From: a virus
Lineage: Duplodnaviria; Caudoviricetes
Virus record (IMG/VR): IMGVR_UViG_3300039159_000083
Location: 1 to 56,920 of that record
DNA length: 56,920 nt
Strand: one strand, 5' to 3'
Both the position numbers and the translations under genes were made by a program. The number at the start of each line of letters is the position of its first letter. The first letter of the stretch is position 1. Positions 37,428 to 47,340 of the stretch are shown here, piece after piece. Under the pieces are notes generated by a model that was given only the letters and a program-made list of their open reading frames with translations, did not search any database and was not told the DNA's origin.

Positions 37428-37866
37428 GGGTCTCTCCTATTACTAAGTTCTCTACAATATCTTCTCCATCTACTGAATAGTTAATAAGAACATTTACCGT
37501 ACTAGAAGAAGTATCTCCATCTGGCACTGCTACTGTAATAGAATTAACTTGTATATTATTGTCATCTACATAAGAAGTAGCTTCTTTAACATTGGCGTAA
37601 GCATCACTTATCCATTGATAAGTAAGGGGGTCAGATAATTGATTATAAAGTTTATCCCCATAAGAACTATCTAAATGAACTATTCCGCCTCTTTCAATAG
37701 CCCATTTAGCTATCCATTTAGGTGGAGTAACCACAGATCTTCTAAGAAGATTAGTAGAACTAGCTGGAGCATCTTCAAGAATAATGTCATAAGTATTACC
37801 TTGTTCTCCTAGACCAGTCTTAATGATGGCTATATCTTCGTTATATAAACTAATATCTACACTCAT
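37417..37866 (-). CDS. gp25/GPW-like sheath-initiator baseplate protein
   Basis: 149 aa, HLDSSYGDKLYNQL motif, directly upstream of baseplate J. Confidence 0.65.
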   Translation of the reverse strand: MSVDISLYNEDIAIIKTGLGEQGNTYDIILEDAPASSTNLLRRSVVTPPKWIAKWAIERGGIVHLDSSYGDKLYNQLSDPLTYQWISDAYANVKEATSYVDDNNIQVNSITVAVPDGDTSSSTVNVLINYSVDGEDIVENLVIGETHAI

Positions 37867-37879
37867 GTATCCCCTCCCC

Positions 37880-38251
37880 TTAACTCATATTTATATGGCT
37901 ATATATAGAGTAAGGTAAACCAATAATAATCTTATTAGTAGGCCTCAATACTCCTATAGTTAATTGACCTGACTTATCAGAAGGTATCGTAGATAATCTC
38001 AATGTATAAAAACCTAGCTCTAATTGATTTGATTGATAGAGAAATAAAGCCCCTGTTCTTGATTGGGTAGAGGTTATCTCCCATATCTTTATTTCACTAT
38101 TACTACAATTAATAATATTCATGGCAGGGTTCTTAAGAGAATAAATTATCTCAAGTTTGAGCAACTCATCCTCTTTACTATAAGAACTATTAAAAGGAGC
38201 ATATAAAGCTATTCCTTTATCTATAATTTGGGGTGGGTCAATTATATTCAT
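37880..38251 (-). CDS. Hypothetical protein
   Basis: 123-aa ORF in the operon. Confidence 0.55.
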   Translation of the reverse strand: MNIIDPPQIIDKGIALYAPFNSSYSKEDELLKLEIIYSLKNPAMNIINCSNSEIKIWEITSTQSRTGALFLYQSNQLELGFYTLRLSTIPSDKSGQLTIGVLRPTNKIIIGLPYSIYSHINMS

Positions 38252-38253
38252 TA

Positions 38254-41200
38254 TTATGCCATTAGGTTAAGTCTATGTACTTTAGGTATGATCTTGTCTC
38301 CCACATCCTCTATAGAGTATTGATAAAGGACTCCTGAGTTATCTTCTAGTACTAAGAAAGAGGAGGGCCCTATTATCCTAGCTAAACCTTCATTACTCTC
38401 CTGGTTATAACTGAGTATGGAATAGTTAAGAACACAAGGTGTGTATTGTCTATCATCCTGAAATACTTCTAGAAGATTACCATTATTAGACCTAATAAAG
38501 GTTCTAGCACAAAGCTGAATAATACTACCAATGCCTGTATTAGTTGCAAGGTTACTTATTGAGAAGTTAATTACTCCTTTAGTGATAGATAGAAGATTAA
38601 CCTCTGATTCTTCTATATCTAATTTAGGTATGACATAACAAGAAGATGTAGAAGCTGGAAGTTGAGTAATACTCTTAGTAACAATTAACTCATCTATAGT
38701 AGATGAACTGATTCCTACTATAGCTAATCTCTCAATATCTTCTATAGAAGCCTTTTCTAATACTCTAATGTATTGAATGAGATAAGGAAGATTCTCATAT
38801 ATATAAGCAGCCTTACTATTAAATTCATCATTATTAGATAACGGAAGCTTATCATCTATAGAAAGGAGCCTATCATCAATATTAATTGGTTGTAGATTAG
38901 GGTAAGGATTAGTCCATATCATCTGACTTCCCTTCCATATCTCTTTGATATCAAGGCTAGTTAGTATAGGTTCTCCCCCATCAATTACTATCTTTATAGG
39001 TGTAGATACTCTATCTGGATAGAATCTTATGTCTCTTTCCATTACATTATCTATTAATCCAATTACTAATGTAGAAGGTATAAGTATATACTTCTCATTC
39101 TTATCATCTATCTCTATAACCATATCCTTAGTAAAAGTATTCATAGCTAAGGATAAGGATAAGTCTATTTGTTTCCTTATGGGGATAGGTAAAGGAGTAG
39201 TTATATTAATAGATGCTTGTTTCTTTAGGCTAGATCTAGCCTTAACTCTACTAAGGGCTTCTTCTACTTTTGGGTTATTAGATGAGTTAGACTTAAATAA
39301 GTCTGAGGCATTATCAATAATGCTATCTACTGAGCCAGCTATTTGTTTCAGTCTATTAAAAACATCTAAGCAACTAAGCATTAAAGTCATCTGAGCTAAT
39401 AAAGGTACATCTTGTTTATTCATCATTTCTAATAACTTAGGAATGGAAGAAAGAGCTGTTATGTTACCTATAATAGATTTAACTTCGTTATAACCTTTGA
39501 GTAGCTTAGAAGCTATATCAGTACCTAGAAAAGCGTCAATAGCTGAGGCTAACCTAGGGTCTTGTAAATCTATGTCTCCACTTTCTATAACATCTAGGAT
39601 AGGGTTTATCCTAGAATAAATAGAAGTAATCTTTGAGCTTATATTATTAAGACCCAAAACTTGAAGAGTCTCTTGTAATCTTTGGGTTAGTGCATCTTTA
39701 TCTATAGGTTCACTAGATTTAAGCTGACAGATTATCTCTTTTATTGGTTCTATAGCATTCAGATAATCAGGGCCAAGTATATCTTCTAAGGGGTCAGAAC
39801 CAAGAATATCCTCAACAAGATTCTTAACTGCTGTCTGTCTTATAAGATCTAATAATTCAGGGTTAGGGTTAGCCCTTAAGTAATCAGCTATAGAACCAGC
39901 ATTAGATAATGCAGAGGATACATTACCTGGTAAGGGTATACCTAATTCTTTAACAGCTTTTGATCCTATAGAAAGAACCTCCCCTAAATCTAAAGGCCCT
40001 TCCTGTGTAGCTATACTTTCTGTTAGGGCGGCTAGACCTAATCCTCGGCTAACTATAGATCCAATAGACCCTATACCTGGTATAGATATATTTATACCCA
40101 TAGTAGATAGGGCTTTCTGACCTAGACCTAGATAACCAGTAGCATCCTTAGCTACTGCTGCTATGCTTTGCATAGTACTAAGAGGGCCTGCAGCTAAGGA
40201 ACTTGCAATAACACCAAAGTCTTCTATATAAGCTTTAATAAATAGTTCTATTAAGGTAAAGCCTCCCTTATTTATTACTTCTCCATATAGAATAGAGTCT
40301 TCTAATTTAATATTAGAGAGTATTAAATCTAGCGGCGCTTCATCTTTTTCTTCTTTAATAAGTCTATTATATAAAACCTTTAATGTGTCTTGATGTAACT
40401 CGTCTAGAAAGAAACTTCTATAAGTATCAAATAAGGAACAAACATTAAGGTCTAGATTGGATAACTTACACCCATTCTTTATATCTTCTATAAGCTCTCT
40501 AAATTTATTACCCTTAGCTGTAAGAGTTAATAAGTTATCCTCTGTTAATATGTCTGGTATTGAAGATGAGGAGGTGGGTTTAACTTCTTTATTGGAGTAT
40601 CTATCAGGGTATATACCTAAGGGGCCTCCTGCACCTCCCACTGCTAGTGACATATCATTAATGGAAGATCCTAAGGAAGGGCTAACTTCAGCTGTTGCAG
40701 AGGCATTGTTAGCTTGATCCTGAGCGGTAGCAGATATACCAGGAGTAGTATTAGCAAGACCTTCTCTATTAGTTAAAGAACCTGCTTGTTCTTGAATAGC
40801 CTCTGGATTTATACCTAATACAGACAAGGCTTCCGCATCTTCCTTCTTCTTTTTATCCTTAGGTATATCAGTGCCTGGATTATCTAAGATAACCCCATCA
40901 GTACTCTTCTTATCTTTCTTATCTTTTTTAGGAATACACTTCTTTAAGTCTTGTACTGAGTAACCATTAGGTTTAGGAGGAAGAGCAGGTACTGTAGGAA
41001 ATTCTATTAGGTCTGTGTTTATAGAAGGAAAACCATGAACAAACCTACCACTAATAATTATCTTTCCTTGTTGATAAACATGGGACTTGGTCTGACCAAA
41101 CATACCAGTTACTCCATTCATTAACTGTTGTCCAGCTACCTGTACTGCTGAGGTAGTGGCAGTTATATAACTATTGGAACTCATATTCATTGAGCTACCT

Positions 41201-42306
41201 TTAGAGACTGTAGAAGTGGAGCCACTTGTTACTGAGGTAATACCTGCTGATTCACCATTAGCTATCATTCTTATAAAGGAAGAATCAGGTATTATATTCT
41301 CTATAGTTCCTGCTATGTCTTTAGCATCTTTTAATGATGCTGGTTCTATGGTAGGTGGGGCTGCAGGAGAACCCGCGCCCATAGTTATATGATCCTTAGC
41401 TAAGGTAACTACACCAGCCTCAGTAAAGTTATTAATACCTCCAGTAGCATGGGTAGTATGACCTCCAGACCCTGCTGTAGCTTGCATGGTCTCACCAGTA
41501 GCTGAGTGAAGCTCGGCCCCATGACTGAATACTCTAGTACTTATAGTCTGACTAGTCTCAGTGGCTCTAGTAATATCATTACGAGTGGATAACTGATTAC
41601 TATCTTCTACATGAGTAAACTTACTACCATTAACCCTAGCAATAGTAGTGTCAGACATATTAACTATAGTCTCAGAGGAAATAGTAGTTACTTGGTTATT
41701 CATAGTAACTGTACCAGTCCCTATGTAAGTACTAGAACCTGATATGTTTACACCCTCCATTGAAGTTAATCTAATACCATTATTAGAGGATATGGTTAGG
41801 TTACCTTGCTTCTGTAAATGAAGGGCAGTACTTTCCATAGAGTCTTGTGTAGCCTTTTCAGCTTTATCAAGACCTTCTTTAAGAGAGAGAGGTAAGGCTT
41901 GATCTACCTTTTCAGTTAAAGCTTGTTGATTATCTATCCTCTTTTTTATATCTCTAATACCAGATTCTATAGTTCTAGCTTTAGCAACTACCTCTTTATT
42001 CTGAGGAGAGATACCCGCAGTCATCTTTAAGGCTTCTGCTAAGGGTTGGAGTGAGGTAGTCTTTGGGGTGGGTGTAGAACTAGGCTGAGTATTGTCTCCT
42101 TGTTCTACTACTGCAAAGATATCCTTAGTAAGGGTTATGGTGCCTATCTCACCTAGTTCTATATTAGAATTCATCATTGCATCTATTTCCTCTTTAGATG
42201 CAGAGGGCACTGAACTAGCTGGAAGAGTATCTAAAGTTAAAGAAGAAGCATCTAAGGTAGATGGGTCTTGGAATACAAATAATTCTGTGGGGCTTTTATC
42301 ATTCAT
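38254..42306 (-). CDS. Large virion protein with a spike-like beta-repeat N-terminal third and a helical C-terminal region
   Basis: Thr/Ser/Gly beta-repeats (GNLTISSNNGIRLTSMEGVNISG...) followed by amphipathic helical segments; lies in the baseplate module. Confidence 0.5.
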   Translation of the reverse strand: MNDKSPTELFVFQDPSTLDASSLTLDTLPASSVPSASKEEIDAMMNSNIELGEIGTITLTKDIFAVVEQGDNTQPSSTPTPKTTSLQPLAEALKMTAGISPQNKEVVAKARTIESGIRDIKKRIDNQQALTEKVDQALPLSLKEGLDKAEKATQDSMESTALHLQKQGNLTISSNNGIRLTSMEGVNISGSSTYIGTGTVTMNNQVTTISSETIVNMSDTTIARVNGSKFTHVEDSNQLSTRNDITRATETSQTISTRVFSHGAELHSATGETMQATAGSGGHTTHATGGINNFTEAGVVTLAKDHITMGAGSPAAPPTIEPASLKDAKDIAGTIENIIPDSSFIRMIANGESAGITSVTSGSTSTVSKGSSMNMSSNSYITATTSAVQVAGQQLMNGVTGMFGQTKSHVYQQGKIIISGRFVHGFPSINTDLIEFPTVPALPPKPNGYSVQDLKKCIPKKDKKDKKSTDGVILDNPGTDIPKDKKKKEDAEALSVLGINPEAIQEQAGSLTNREGLANTTPGISATAQDQANNASATAEVSPSLGSSINDMSLAVGGAGGPLGIYPDRYSNKEVKPTSSSSIPDILTEDNLLTLTAKGNKFRELIEDIKNGCKLSNLDLNVCSLFDTYRSFFLDELHQDTLKVLYNRLIKEEKDEAPLDLILSNIKLEDSILYGEVINKGGFTLIELFIKAYIEDFGVIASSLAAGPLSTMQSIAAVAKDATGYLGLGQKALSTMGINISIPGIGSIGSIVSRGLGLAALTESIATQEGPLDLGEVLSIGSKAVKELGIPLPGNVSSALSNAGSIADYLRANPNPELLDLIRQTAVKNLVEDILGSDPLEDILGPDYLNAIEPIKEIICQLKSSEPIDKDALTQRLQETLQVLGLNNISSKITSIYSRINPILDVIESGDIDLQDPRLASAIDAFLGTDIASKLLKGYNEVKSIIGNITALSSIPKLLEMMNKQDVPLLAQMTLMLSCLDVFNRLKQIAGSVDSIIDNASDLFKSNSSNNPKVEEALSRVKARSSLKKQASINITTPLPIPIRKQIDLSLSLAMNTFTKDMVIEIDDKNEKYILIPSTLVIGLIDNVMERDIRFYPDRVSTPIKIVIDGGEPILTSLDIKEIWKGSQMIWTNPYPNLQPINIDDRLLSIDDKLPLSNNDEFNSKAAYIYENLPYLIQYIRVLEKASIEDIERLAIVGISSSTIDELIVTKSITQLPASTSSCYVIPKLDIEESEVNLLSITKGVINFSISNLATNTGIGSIIQLCARTFIRSNNGNLLEVFQDDRQYTPCVLNYSILSYNQESNEGLARIIGPSSFLVLEDNSGVLYQYSIEDVGDKIIPKVHRLNLMA

Positions 42307-43583
42307 AGTAATAAGTTCTTAGAGGTAGCTCTATTTGGTAAGGTCTGTTTAGTTAAAAGTATAAGATTACCTCCCAATATTCTTATATGCTGAAGACTAC
42401 TTTTCTTTAGGCAGTATCCAGCTAGATACATTAACTTAAATAATCTCTTAGTTAATACTTGTTGTTCTATAACTAAGGGGCCCACTAATTCTTTATCCTC
42501 TTTTATAACTAAGGGATTAGAAGTATGGCTTAGTATATAAGCTCTATGAAGAAGACTAGAGGCTATAAGAACTAAGAAGGAATTATAACCTCCTGGAGGA
42601 AGATTATTTATTAATAAGTCTGAGGCTTTATATAATAGTTCTCTATCTATATATGCTGGTATGCCTTGATAAAGCTCTTTAACTAATTGACCTTCATATG
42701 AATCATCCCAGGTAGGAATAATATTTCTATAAGAGATAAGTAGTGGAATCACATCATACCAATTACTATTAAGTCCTTGATGGATAAATAGATAAGCTAG
42801 ATCCTTTGAGTTACTTTCATCTAAGGCATGAGATAAACAAGTCTTTGCTATATTAATTAGAAAGGGCTTTAAAGGGGAATTGCTTTCTTCTGATTGGTCT
42901 ATATACCAACTAATAATCTTGGGTACCCAGTTAGATAAAAAGTCTAAGACCTCATAAGTAGATAATAAGGTAGGGTTAGAGTTTATTAATCCTATAGATG
43001 CTAGATATATATTCTCATCATGTATAATTTCATCTCTATATTTAATAGAAAGAATGTCATTCTTTAATAAGTTAATATACTCATCAGAACCTTTACCTAA
43101 ATAGTATCTAGAAGATTTATCTTCTATCTGAGATATAGATAGATAAGGTTCATACTCTTCTATCATATGCAAGGCATACATTAAAGAACCATATTCAGTA
43201 CCCCAAGTCTTGTTATAACCAATAGAAGTTATATCTATATAATCTTGAGAGGGTAAATCTTTAGTCTTTCCTCTGGCTAAGAAAGTAGAAAAGTGAGTAG
43301 ATAACTGAGATTTATTCGGGGTTAATATAATACTAGAAGATAGGAGAGTATATAAGTTACTTTCTATTACTAAGTGCAGCTTTATCAAACTGCTGGTAAC
43401 TAAACTTATATTTTCTACTCCTTTCTTTAATAAGTAGTTAATCCTTTCTTTAGTCCCTATTACTTGATAACAAAGATTAAGGTATTTACTATAATTAAGA
43501 TTGGCCTCAATAGACTCTTGAGAGTATTCTATTATCTCAGAGGTAATAGGAAGGGAATGAGAATACTTAAGGTTTCCAGTCAT
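42303..43583 (-). CDS. Hypothetical helical protein
   Basis: 426-aa ORF overlapping both neighbours. Confidence 0.65.
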   Translation of the reverse strand: MTGNLKYSHSLPITSEIIEYSQESIEANLNYSKYLNLCYQVIGTKERINYLLKKGVENISLVTSSLIKLHLVIESNLYTLLSSSIILTPNKSQLSTHFSTFLARGKTKDLPSQDYIDITSIGYNKTWGTEYGSLMYALHMIEEYEPYLSISQIEDKSSRYYLGKGSDEYINLLKNDILSIKYRDEIIHDENIYLASIGLINSNPTLLSTYEVLDFLSNWVPKIISWYIDQSEESNSPLKPFLINIAKTCLSHALDESNSKDLAYLFIHQGLNSNWYDVIPLLISYRNIIPTWDDSYEGQLVKELYQGIPAYIDRELLYKASDLLINNLPPGGYNSFLVLIASSLLHRAYILSHTSNPLVIKEDKELVGPLVIEQQVLTKRLFKLMYLAGYCLKKSSLQHIRILGGNLILLTKQTLPNRATSKNLLL

Positions 43584-44202
43584 TTAACATACCTCTTAGT
43601 TCATATATAGAATGTTGTGAGAATTGCCAGTCAGCAGTAAGTAAATCTAAAGCCTTAGATTTATTCCTAAAGCAGACAAGCTCCATTAGAATAACTTGTT
43701 CTCTTTCTGATATACCAAGAGATATAAATGCTTCTTCTAGTCTAGAGTTAACATGACCTATTCTATTAGGAACATAATCAATATCTAATAATAAGGCTAG
43801 TTCTCTATGCATATCTAATCTAGCTCTACTAGTAAGAATACTAGATATTCTATTACCAATAGACCTATTACATAAATTAGAACTAAGTTCTAATACCTTT
43901 ATGGGTGCCCATACCTCTTTAATATAACTTTCATCTAGTCTATCACTGAGTAACTCTTCTTCATATTGAAGAAGGAATGAAAGGTATATAGACAACCTCA
44001 TAGGGAGTAAATGTAATAGACAAGAGACACATCTAAGATCAACATAAGTAGACCCTTCTTTAATATAAGAACTAGAGAATAAGTATTTGATAATATTATA
44101 TTTATCTAAGCTGGCTCCTTCTCTAGCTATAAGAGCTTTGAGGAAGTAAGTCTGGGTATCTCCTCTGTAATAATCAAGCTTATCTTCTAGATGTCCTTTC
44201 AT
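43567..44202 (-). CDS. Hypothetical helical protein
   Basis: 211-aa ORF abutting the lysin stop. Confidence 0.65.
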   Translation of the reverse strand: MKGHLEDKLDYYRGDTQTYFLKALIAREGASLDKYNIIKYLFSSSYIKEGSTYVDLRCVSCLLHLLPMRLSIYLSFLLQYEEELLSDRLDESYIKEVWAPIKVLELSSNLCNRSIGNRISSILTSRARLDMHRELALLLDIDYVPNRIGHVNSRLEEAFISLGISEREQVILMELVCFRNKSKALDLLTADWQFSQHSIYELRGMLNDWKP

Positions 44203-45489
44203 TTATGGCCTTCCTATCTCTGCTCTGTATTCTGCTGTCTCCTCGTTCTTCTCATATGATAGTTGTTCTTTACTATCCTCAAATTGAAGTACTCCTGCTG
44301 GATTAATATTGGAACTATTCTCATTAGAACCTACTCTCACTTCAAAGTGAAGATGGACTCCGGTACTACCTCCAGTGGTTCCTTCTATACCCAATACAGT
44401 ACCAGCTTTAACCTCTTGTCCTTCTGCTACAAGTACCTTAAAGAAGTGCATATACCTAGTCCATATCTTATTAGGGTGTTCTACTTCAATAAAATTACCT
44501 GCCCCACCAGCCTGATAACTTACTAATATTACTTTCCCATCTAAAGGACTAACTATATTAGCTCCACTCACCCCATCAGGGCTAACTGAAGCCAGGTCTA
44601 CCCCATTATGATTAGGCCTTCTTACAGATCTATAAGTACCTCTAAGTGAAAATAGTACTCCTACACCATTACTAGCATCATCTCTAAGAGGCCAAGCAAG
44701 AAGACCATTAGGTAGATTAACTGGCACCTTAAGTAAGGTAGCCTGACCACTGGCCCCTGGTTTAGTAAGTGTCCCTCCAGAAGTAAGGGATGTGCCAGCA
44801 CCAAAGCCTGCTACTGCTTTCATATTACATCCAGTAGTTATCTTAGCAAAGGAAAATGTATAATCAAACTTAGGGCAATCACTTCTAGTAGCAGAGAAAG
44901 AAGAGTTACCAGCTACTAGGTCAGCATTACTAGATAATGAGGATGGGCTACCATTAGATACTTTAGAAGAGCCTGGTAAGGGTTTACCATTAAACTTCTG
45001 GAAGGTAGCTACTACCTCTTGAGTGGTCTTAGTTCCTTGACCTTTATATCTATATGGAGGTAAAGAAGCCCATTCCCAAGCTAATCCTGCTGGTAAGGCT
45101 CCAGATTTATTAGCACCATCTCCTGATAATGCCCCTACCACATCTCCTTCTATTACTCTATTAAGAACCCCTCTTTGTTCCATACGGATTACAGCAGCTA
45201 GGTCTTGGTCTCTAGGGTTAGAGAAGTCTAAACCACCACCAGCGGCTCTATTAAGGTCATCCCATGTATTGCCACAGTATTGGTATCTACCTACGGCTCT
45301 AGGCCCATTAACATCAAAGCTGCAATCTGATCCTGGAAAGGGATGAGACTTACTATTAAGGGGAAGAGTAGAACCCCCAAAGGAACAACCATAGTTATCG
45401 TCACACCCTTCTGCTTCTGCTATGGTATTAAGCATAGCTATTACATTAGGATTCTTTAGTAAGGATTCATAATACTCTCTATTAGCCAT
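44203..45489 (-). CDS. Tail-associated lysin: lambda-R/GH104-like lysozyme plus M23 peptidase
   Basis: MLNTIAEAEG, AVGRYQY...TW, DFS.P..QD..A and EWASLP; M23 motifs HNGVDL, TRYMH and STGVHLHFEV. Confidence 0.9.
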   Translation of the reverse strand: MANREYYESLLKNPNVIAMLNTIAEAEGCDDNYGCSFGGSTLPLNSKSHPFPGSDCSFDVNGPRAVGRYQYCGNTWDDLNRAAGGGLDFSNPRDQDLAAVIRMEQRGVLNRVIEGDVVGALSGDGANKSGALPAGLAWEWASLPPYRYKGQGTKTTQEVVATFQKFNGKPLPGSSKVSNGSPSSLSSNADLVAGNSSFSATRSDCPKFDYTFSFAKITTGCNMKAVAGFGAGTSLTSGGTLTKPGASGQATLLKVPVNLPNGLLAWPLRDDASNGVGVLFSLRGTYRSVRRPNHNGVDLASVSPDGVSGANIVSPLDGKVILVSYQAGGAGNFIEVEHPNKIWTRYMHFFKVLVAEGQEVKAGTVLGIEGTTGGSTGVHLHFEVRVGSNENSSNINPAGVLQFEDSKEQLSYEKNEETAEYRAEIGRP

Positions 45490-45490
45490 A

Positions 45491-47338
45491 TTACTTATTC
45501 TCCTTAAATGGGTTGGGGGAAGTAGTTCCAGGTAACTCTTTAATATCTTCTTGAGTAAGCCCTATTTCACCTTTAGCACCTTGTCTACTAAGTTCTTTAG
45601 TAAGTGCCTCTATAGAGAGAGAACGCGGGTCTCTTCTACTACCAGAGTTATCTATTAGGTAATGAGTAGTAATACGGGATAGGTCTACCTTACTATTAAT
45701 AATGAGATGAGCTAAAGATACATATTGTTCTTTAGTATATCCAGCATGACCATCTGCTTCTGTATAAGGTTCTGGACTCTCTAAAGAGTAATGGATGGCA
45801 AAGTTATTAACAGAACACTTAACACTATTACTAGTAGAACAACCCTTATTAGCCAAGGTCTTTCTAATATCTATAGGTATACAATCTGTCTCTTCATTTC
45901 CTAGAGGAGAACTATAAGAGTCACAAAATGAGTCGGGCCCTTTACTTATAGAAGGATAAGAAGAACATCCTGCACCATAAGCATTATCTTTCTCATCTAC
46001 TAATCTAACTATAGTGCCTTCCCTTTTGATAAGGGCATGATAAGCAACATAAGAATCAGAAGCTGCTATATGAGCTAGGGCAGAAGCACCTGTAGATGCA
46101 GTTTCATGGAGAACTAATAAAGGTTTAAACTTACTAGGTGTTCTCTTAGCATAATTACAAGTTCCTACTTGACCTTTTTCTTCTTTAGGTTTACCTGTTA
46201 TAGAGGTTGTCTCTGAGGGATTATCTTTCATGGAGGAAGCTATCTGGGTACTAACCATAGTTCCTTTATTACATTGTTCTGCAGCTTCTCTATAAATGGT
46301 AGCTAGTTTCTTAGCTTGGTCTAGGTGATACCCAGTAGGGGCCCACTCGTTATAATCAATTGATATAACATCTGTGTTACTTACCTTGTTTATATCAGAG
46401 CTAGTAGGAGAAGGAGCCGGAGGTTTCTTAGTAGCTGGAGAGGCTATAAAAGAAGGGTCTTCCATATCCATATTCTCCTCCTTAGGTATAACTCCTTTCT
46501 TATCACTTCTTACATCTTTAATAATAGGATTATCCATAGACTCTTCTTTAGGTGAAGCACTTGGATTATCTATCCCTAAGTAATCTAATGATTTATCTAT
46601 GAGACAGAGATAGTAATGACAGGCTTCATTAAGAGATTGACATCTACTACTACCATTAGCATTAGTAATAATGATTAACTCTTTATCAGCATAATAAACT
46701 TGAGAACCAGAAGAGTATTGAACTATATCTCCATTCTTATTCTTTATTTCTATAGAGGCTACTTGAGGGCTGGCTTGTCTTTGAGCTATTAAGTCTTTAT
46801 GGTATTTAGGGTCATCAAATGGAGTGGCTAGGTTCTTACCTCCCACTATATGAATCCATGAGTCTGGCTGTGCTATACGTGAAGGATGTATAGAAGCTTG
46901 TGCAGCAGCTTTAGTAGTAGATATGGTATCAGCATAAGTCTTGAAGGGTTTATCACCATTACCATCACGAAGGAAATCATTATAGATTCCATTGGTATAG
47001 AAAGAACCTATAATAACTGAATCTTCTATCTTGCCATTCTTAGACATTAGAAAAATGGGGTCACCTTCTTCTAATGGTGAGTATACTCCTACCCCATCAA
47101 AGGAAGCACCTACTACTAATCTTTTACATGCACGAAGAATAATTCCATTACCAGAGACATCCTTATAATCATTAAGCTGTACATCATAATGTTGGCTAAT
47201 ATGATGATGATCAGTAACATTAACTATCTTTCCAGATAGTAATCTATTATCACCACGGATAACTCTTTGGTCAGTCCTTACATTATTCTCAGTCCAAGAT
47301 AGATAGGTACTACCTGCTAAACCAAATGCATTATTCAT
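45491..47338 (-). CDS. Baseplate spike (gp5/VgrG OB-fold-like N-terminus) fused to an N-acetylmuramoyl-L-alanine amidase (Amidase_2)
   Basis: GVYSPLEEGDPIFL...IIGSFY is the gp5/gpV OB pattern. Amidase motifs LVLHET, YHALIKREGTI, SLES, ITTH and RRDP. Confidence 0.8.
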   Translation of the reverse strand: MNNAFGLAGSTYLSWTENNVRTDQRVIRGDNRLLSGKIVNVTDHHHISQHYDVQLNDYKDVSGNGIILRACKRLVVGASFDGVGVYSPLEEGDPIFLMSKNGKIEDSVIIGSFYTNGIYNDFLRDGNGDKPFKTYADTISTTKAAAQASIHPSRIAQPDSWIHIVGGKNLATPFDDPKYHKDLIAQRQASPQVASIEIKNKNGDIVQYSSGSQVYYADKELIIITNANGSSRCQSLNEACHYYLCLIDKSLDYLGIDNPSASPKEESMDNPIIKDVRSDKKGVIPKEENMDMEDPSFIASPATKKPPAPSPTSSDINKVSNTDVISIDYNEWAPTGYHLDQAKKLATIYREAAEQCNKGTMVSTQIASSMKDNPSETTSITGKPKEEKGQVGTCNYAKRTPSKFKPLLVLHETASTGASALAHIAASDSYVAYHALIKREGTIVRLVDEKDNAYGAGCSSYPSISKGPDSFCDSYSSPLGNEETDCIPIDIRKTLANKGCSTSNSVKCSVNNFAIHYSLESPEPYTEADGHAGYTKEQYVSLAHLIINSKVDLSRITTHYLIDNSGSRRDPRSLSIEALTKELSRQGAKGEIGLTQEDIKELPGTTSPNPFKENK

Positions 47339-47340
47339 TA

